A DNA stretch of 64,000 bases from Eledone cirrhosa (lineage: Eukaryota), in contig OZ024740.1 of the NCBI GenBank assembly GCA_964016885.1, positions 1,550,001 to 1,614,000 of the forward strand. Direction: 5' to 3'. The notes under the pieces were generated by a model that ran no database searches, was not told where the DNA came from, and saw nothing but the letters and a program-made list of their open reading frames with translations. Both the position numbers and the translations under genes were made by a program. Of this stretch, positions 57,847 through 64,000 are shown piece by piece (position 1 is the first letter of the stretch; each line of letters opens with the position of its first letter).

Positions 57847-60390
57847 ATCATCATCATCATCGTTTAACGTCCATCTTCCACGCTTGCATGGGTTTGGGCA
57901 GGAATTGTCCCACTTGAGGCAAGAGTGGTTGTCTTGCTCACATAGGACTGTCTGGCGGGTTTTCTACGGCTGGATGCCCTTCCTAACACCAACCACGTTT
58001 ACAGTGTGGACTGGGAGGTTTTTACCGTGTTACCTACACGGCCACATTACAGCGTGGACTGTGTGTTTTGTTGTGACACCTACACAACCTTATTTATTTC
58101 GGACTGGATGTTGTGGTACCAACATAACTTTACATTGAAAGGGGTGGTGTGGATGGGGTGTGGGTAGTGGGATAGGGGTGTATTTTTGTTAGAGGGGCCT
58201 ACTGACTGTAGGTTTCGCTTTGTACTTAGGCAAGGCGGGTCTTCTGTATTACTGTGTAGCGCCAAAGATCTCGGTCCAGTGACATTGTCTTGGAGAGGTG
58301 TAAGTATGTGAGGTCGGAATTTATCAAGTCGTCTCAGGTTTTTCTGGGCCTGCCTACTCCGTGGCTACCGTCTATTTTTATCACCCTGCACTTTTTTATA
58401 CAGCTGTCGTCTTTCATGCGCATCACGTGACCGTACCAACGTAGCCTTCTCTCGAGTAAACAACATCTGATCCCTCTTATTCCTAATTTTTGCCTTAGTT
58501 CGTTTATGCTTTGCCGTTCACGTATATTACTATTACACAACCAGCGGAGCATGCAAGCTTTGTTCCTCTCCAGTCTGTGTATATCCTCTGCACACAATGC
58601 CCAGGTCTAACTGCCATGCAACATTGCTGTTCGTATGCAGGCATCATACAGCCTGCCTTTCATTTTTAGGGAGAACCCTTTAGCGGCCAATAGTGGTATA
58701 AGCTCTCTGAACTTTTTCCATCCAGTTCTGACTCTAGCTACTGTTCTTTCAGAGCACCCTCTCCGACTGCTGATTTTGTCACCCAGGTAACGGAAGCTGT
58801 CCACTATTTCTATAGAACCATCTGTGCAATGGAATGAGCTAGTATTCTGTGGGCACTTGCTGCTTCTTATTGCACCAGAGCAGCGGCCATATATAAAATC
58901 TATATTCTTAGTTAGGTTACCTGTGATCCCACTACATCTATTATGCACCCATACTTTGCATTTGGGACATAAAATGTAGTTTCTGCCTACTCCTTTCCTA
59001 CACACTGAGCATGGCCATTTCTCGGAGGGGACCTGTGCCCTATTTTCCTTCCTACAAACTAGAACTTTAGTCTTAGACAAGTTAACTTTAAGGCCTTTTG
59101 ATTCTAGGCCATGATTCCATGTTTGGAATTTCTTCTCTAGTTCAGCCATTGATTCAGCTATGAGTGTTAGATCAATTTCATATAGGAGTTCCCATGGGCA
59201 GCCGGTCTTGAACTCCTCTGTTATAGCCTGAAGGGCAATAATAAATAGTAGGGGGCTAAGGACGGAGCCCTGATGAACACCAACTTTTACGCTAAACTCT
59301 TCACTATATTCGTTGTTAATTCTAACCTTGCTGACTGTTTCTTTATACATGGCTTGTATAGCTCTCACAAGCCATTCATCAACACCTAGTTTTCTAAGGG
59401 CCCACCAGATAATCGAGCGGGATACTCTGTCAAAGGCTTTCTCCAAATCAACAAAAGCTAAGTATAGGGGTTTACTTTTAGCTAGGTACGTCTCCTGTAG
59501 TTGTCGTACAATGAAAAGAGCGTCTGTGGTACTTTTACCTGACACAAACCCGAACTGCATTTCATCTAGATCAATTCGCTCTCTGATTAGTTGCGCTATT
59601 ACTTTTTCTGTGACCTTCCTGACCTGGTCAATTAATTTAATGCCTCTATAGTTTCCCCAATCTAGGGCATCACCTTTACCCTTGTAGCAGTTAATGATGA
59701 TGCTGCTGCGCCAGTCCTTCGGAACAACCCCATTCTGTATGACTTGGTTTACTATCCGGGTGACCATAGTGTGTCCCACCGTTCCAGATGCTTTCAGCAT
59801 TTTGGCAACTATTTCCGAAGGCCCGGCCGCCTTGACCATCTTCATGTCTTTGATCGCCTTACTTATTATACTACCTTCAACTTGCACTGCTGGTCCCTCT
59901 ATTGGGTCGATGTGGGGGAGACTGTCTTTCTCCCAATTATTCTCCTCATTTAGTAGCCTTTCGTAGTGACACTTCCAAGCTACCTTCTTATCAGCGTCGG
60001 TGATGGCAAGTGCACCATCATCATTAAGGACACACTTCTCCCCGACAATATCACGGTTTTCCTTGACACATTGCCTAGCAATCCTGAACACCTCACGTTT
60101 TTGGTCCTCGCGTTGTAGAACATGCTTGAACTTTCTTTCCTCTGCTTCCCTTCTGGCTAAGTACACTTGTCTCCTAGCTTCCTTCCTGGCCACTTGATAG
60201 TCTTCTCTACTTCCCCCATCTTGCCATGCTTTCCAAGCCTGCTTTTTGGCCTTGATTGAACCCTCCACCTTACTGTTCCACCACCATGTTACTCTCCTCC
60301 TGCCTATAGGTCTGCTCCAGCCACAGATTTCATCTGCCGCCTTCAGCAGGTTAGCTTTCAGTAATTCCCACTGTTCCTCTATATTGTACG
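57847..60390 (-). mobile_element. 5'-truncated RTE LINE (RT plus PHD-like finger), inactive
   Basis: Motifs NYRGIKL, QFGF, FVDLEKAFDRV and HQGSVLSP. The catalytic YADD is mutated to YEID. Stops at 58607-58609 and 58334-58336; natural stop at ~58226. (ATG)n tail; inserted in (TA)n. Confidence 0.93.
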
Positions 60391-60408
60391 GAATTCCCAC
60401 TGTTCCTC

Positions 60409-60441
<33 letters not shown>

Positions 60442-60841
60442 AAGTAATGACTTCTATGGGACTAGAACTGTTTCATTTGTATGAATGAAACAGTTCTATT
60501 TCTGTAGAAGTTATTTCTACATATAAGAAAGATGCCTATACTCTTGCCTGTGCTTCAGGAGTTGTCTCCCCTTGTGTGACAAGTCAAATCAGATAACCGT
60601 GTCTTGCATATACAGAACTGATTCTAGCTTGGTCTCTATGGCTGGCTGCCTACCAACTTGCATATCTGATGAGATGTTCATGCAAAGTCAGGCGCCGATT
60701 ATTATGATCTGAGTTCATCGATATCAAAATAATTATCATAATAAAGTTTATTTATGATGTAACTTTGAGTTCATTCCTTCTTACTTGTACACTTATATAG
60801 CGAGAGACATAGATTTAAAAGAGCCGAAGTCAGTGTTGCAG

Positions 60842-61379
60842 TCATCATCATCATCATCATCATCATCGTTTAACGTCCATCTTCCACGCCAGCATGGTTT
60901 TGGACGGGAATTGTCCCACTTGAGGCAAAATTGGTTGTCTTGCTCAGGACTGTCTGGCGGGTTTTCTACGGCTGGGTGCCCTTCCTAACACCAACCATGT
61001 TTACAGTGTAGACTGGGAGCTTTTTACCGTGTTACCTACACGACCTCATTTGTTTAGGACTGGATGTTGTGGTACCAACATAACTTTACATCGAAAGGGA
61101 TGGTGTGGGTGGGGTGGGGTTAGTGGGACCGGGGAGTATTTTTGTTAAGAGGTGCCTACTGACTGTAGGTTTCGCTTTGTACTTAGGCAAGGCGTGTCTT
61201 CTGTATTACTGCGTAGTGCCAAAGATCACGGTCCAGTGACATTGTCTTGGATAGGTGTAAGTGTGTAAGGTCGGAATTTATCAAGTCGTCCCAAGTTTTT
61301 CTGGGTCTGCCTACTCCGTGGTTACCGTCTATTTTGATCGCCCTGCACTTTTTTATACAGCTGTCGTCTGTCATGCGCA
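60842..61379 (-). mobile_element. 5'-truncated RTE LINE 3' end
   Basis: ORF end GRPRKTWDDLINSDL...KTRLA* and a 3' UTR closely similar to the copy at 57847. Confidence 0.9.
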
Positions 61380-61380
61380 C

Positions 61381-61485
61381 AAACTCTATTTGTATATTAC
61401 AATTGTTTCGATATCGATTAGTTCAGGGTCCAATCAAGGTGATGGGGCCTGACTCTTTTTTGACATCTCGTCAGATATGCGAGCT
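61381..61485 (-). ncRNA. Type I hammerhead ribozyme motif with palindromic stem III and an enlarged stem II
   Basis: Minus strand: ATAT-CTGACGA-GATGTC-(nested hairpin)-GATATC-GAAA-CAATTG-TA^ATAT. The GUA triplet is at 61400-61398. Confidence 0.75.
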
Positions 61486-61587
61486 TATATTTGCTTATAT
61501 GGAATACAACCCAAATGAAATGGACCTCGTACCAGCATTGAGGGTTTCGAATGGCACTCCACCTATAACTGTTGCTACACACCTAAT

Positions 61588-61622
<35 letters not shown>

Positions 61623-61652
61623 GTAATAATAATATTAATAATAATAATAATA

Positions 61653-61879
61653 GTGGTCCCGATTGTCATAGGCGCACTAGGTACTATCTCAAAATGTTTC
61701 CAGGGATGGTTAAAGAAAATTGGCCCCGCCACGCTTTTTGGAACGCTTCAAAAGGCATGCTTGCTGGGAACAGCAAGAACCCTCCGATACGTCCTGAATA
61801 TCTGAGGCTGCAGGTAGCGGCTTGATATTCATTTCAACAAACTTTCCAGTTAACTAACATCAATGACTGAGACTCAAAG
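61653..61879 (+). mobile_element. R4/Dong-clade non-LTR retrotransposon 3' end in a (TAA)n target
   Basis: Reads VVPIVIGALGTISKCFQGWLKKIGPATLFGTLQKACLLGTARTLRYVLNI* (61653-61805), a typical R4/Dong REL C-terminus. The flank TAATAATAATATTAATAATAATAA is duplicated at 61624-61647 and 61888-61911. Confidence 0.8.
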
Positions 61880-62802
61880 AATAATAATAATAATAATATT
61901 AATAATAATAAATTTGAAGACTAAAATCCAAAGAGGGCTCGATAAGGATAAATATATATCAAATATATAAGAACCGTAGAGCAAATATTTATTAAAATAA
62001 CAGATTAAAGTTTAAGCAAAGAATCGCTGCTTTCACCCTTAACGGGATCTTCTGAAACTAACAAAGTCAATCTGTAAACGCAGAAGTGAATATTTCAAAA
62101 AGCGTTGCAACCGGAGAAAGACAGGAAGACGATACTTTGGTTCGTGGAAACGTTCGCTGGCAAAGAACGGGGAAAAACGAATATAATACGTCATTAATAG
62201 GAGCGGTGAAAAACAATTACATGCAAAGACAGGACCACGTTTATGGTATAAAAGAAGTCGTAGACTAATAATAAATATACATATATATATATATAAGCAA
62301 AGGGATATTTAATTTGTTGGTAATTCAACAAATATATATATTTATAACTGATTCTCTATATAAATATATCATATGCAAAATATATGTTGTTTACACATGA
62401 AATTACATTTGTCATCCTATAAACAATTAAAGCAACATCATATCAAATTTAGCAGAAACGTTCTTTCAATGCCACCATCTTTACTAAGGTTTCCTTACTC
62501 TATCCAATTATAACGTGCTATATAAAACGTAAGTGTATTTATATATTTCGTTTACTTTCGAAAAACATATGTTGTTTGCACCTGTAATTACATTTCTCTC
62601 TTTTACAAACTGAAACAACGGTATTTCAATTTTTCAGAAAGTAAAACAATTATCTATGATTCCATTATTGAAATACATTACTTGAATTATTTTCCGCGAT
62701 AAGTCCCCACAAGTCTGTTCCACTAGGGTTGACGTGGAGCTAAACAAGTGATCTAAGTAGGGGGTAGGTAAGTAGGTGTGTGTGTTGTGTGTGTTTGGTG
62801 AA

Positions 62803-62918
62803 GGCGTGTGGCTGAGTGGTAAGAGAATTGGATTCACAATCGAGAGGTTCTGAGTTCAATTCTTGGACCCGGCGATGCGTTATATCCTTGAGCAAGACAC
62901 TTTATTTCACGTTGCTCC
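62803..62918 (+). mobile_element. tRNA-derived SINE head (related to 48709)
   Basis: A-box TGGCTGAGTGG, B-box GAGTTCAATTC, body CCTTGAGCAAGACACTTTATTTCACGTTGCTCC. Confidence 0.8.
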
Positions 62919-63122
62919 TTCTACCTGGAGTTGCGAGTGATAGAGAGTATTAGCAATTGCGAAGACCAACGGAAACATTGTTTCCTCGGTCCGATTTGAC
63001 GAAAGCCAATCGACTATCGATATATATATATAACCAAAAGTTAAGCAAGGTTCATTGATTAATCAATGAATATAGTTTTACAATAGATTAGAAGCACTCA
63101 ACAAAAAAGTTTTCTGGAGTTA

Positions 63123-63208
<86 letters not shown>

Positions 63209-63490
63209 TAGATAACTAGATAATAGATATATTTTATTCATAGTTGTATAAATAACCTTACAAATCGATTGCAATTCTTTCAGAATGAAAATATAAACAG
63301 AGCATATAAATAAATTTACAGTAGAATAACAACAAAAATGTTTTAAATATATACATAAATAACATTAGAAATGCTTCGGTAACATTATAGATGATGATAA
63401 TAGATTGATTGCTGAAACAAGCGGGGATATACGGTTGAACGACAGAGGGGTGGAGGTATTTCATTCACAGAAACATTGACATCAATTTCC

Positions 63491-63850
63491 TTTTCCACTC
63501 TTCCATCTTCTACCCACACCCCTTCCACTCTTCCATCTTCTACCCACACCCCTTCCACTCTTCCATCTTCTACCCACACCCCTTCCACTCTTCCATCGTC
63601 TAGCCCACACCCTTCCACTCTTCCATCTTCTACCCCACCCCTTTCCACTCTTCCATCTTCTACCCCACCCCTTTCCACTCTTCCATCTTCTACCCACACC
63701 CCTTCCACTCTTCCATCTTCTACCCCACCCCTTCCACCGTCTACCCCACCCCTTCCACTATTCCATCTTCTACCCCACCCCCTTCCACTCTTCCATCTTC
63801 CACCCCCACCTCGTTCACTTTTCCATTTTCTAACCACACCCACTTCCACT
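63491..63850. repeat. 30-bp pyrimidine-rich tandem repeat, ~11 copies, degenerating at the 3' side
   Basis: Unit CCTTCCACTCTTCCATCTTCTACCCACACC. Confidence 0.93.
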
Positions 63851-64000
63851 CATTAACTCTGTTGCTCTTGACTTAATTGAGAGTGGAGTTGTAGTTAAGA
63901 AATTACGTGTTTATTATACTGTCTGTGGCACTAGTCACGTGTAGTTTTACATACATATACATGCTGCACAGGCATTACTTTATATCTGGAGATTTCTCTG

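Noticed and set aside
53505-62060. Further hammerhead-like cores on the minus strand at ~53505-53540 (TTGATG..GAAA) and ~62020-62058 (CAGAAGA..GAAA)
   Set aside because: Core nucleotides deviate from CUGANGA and the helices are uncertain; not called without a covariance search.
51201-64000. Next OSBPL1A exon (expected R-T-x-L-P...FSIWSILK)
   Set aside because: No matching frame with splice sites was found by eye; it is presumably beyond the window.

Overview
Eukaryotic (animal) genomic DNA, most likely a coleoid cephalopod such as Octopus; this is inferred from recalled SINE, MITE and RTE family sequences, not from a search. The window is almost entirely intronic. Four phase-compatible + strand exons (20922-21021, 30018-30124, 31042-31219, 51026-51200; 560 bp in total) encode the coiled-coil/FFAT region of an OSBPL1A (ORP1L)-like oxysterol-binding protein, up to the start of the ORD. 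The introns hold large tandem arrays (32, 52/56, 69/72, 46, 41, 39 and 30 bp units), a full-length but decayed Tx1/L1-clade retrotransposon, RTE, CRE, R4/Dong and Penelope-like fragments, tRNA-derived SINEs and piggyBac-type MITEs. The most striking observation is that the ~4.7 kb 52/56-bp array is a roughly 85-90-fold tandem amplification of one exon's own 3' splice site (branch point, pyrimidine tract, AG and the first 10 exon nt). Only the last copy gives an open frame, and two of the three nearest competing copies have lost the branch A. Other highlights are satellites born inside a MITE and inside a SINE, and several type I hammerhead ribozyme motifs, two of them on the pre-mRNA sense strand with compensatory base changes.
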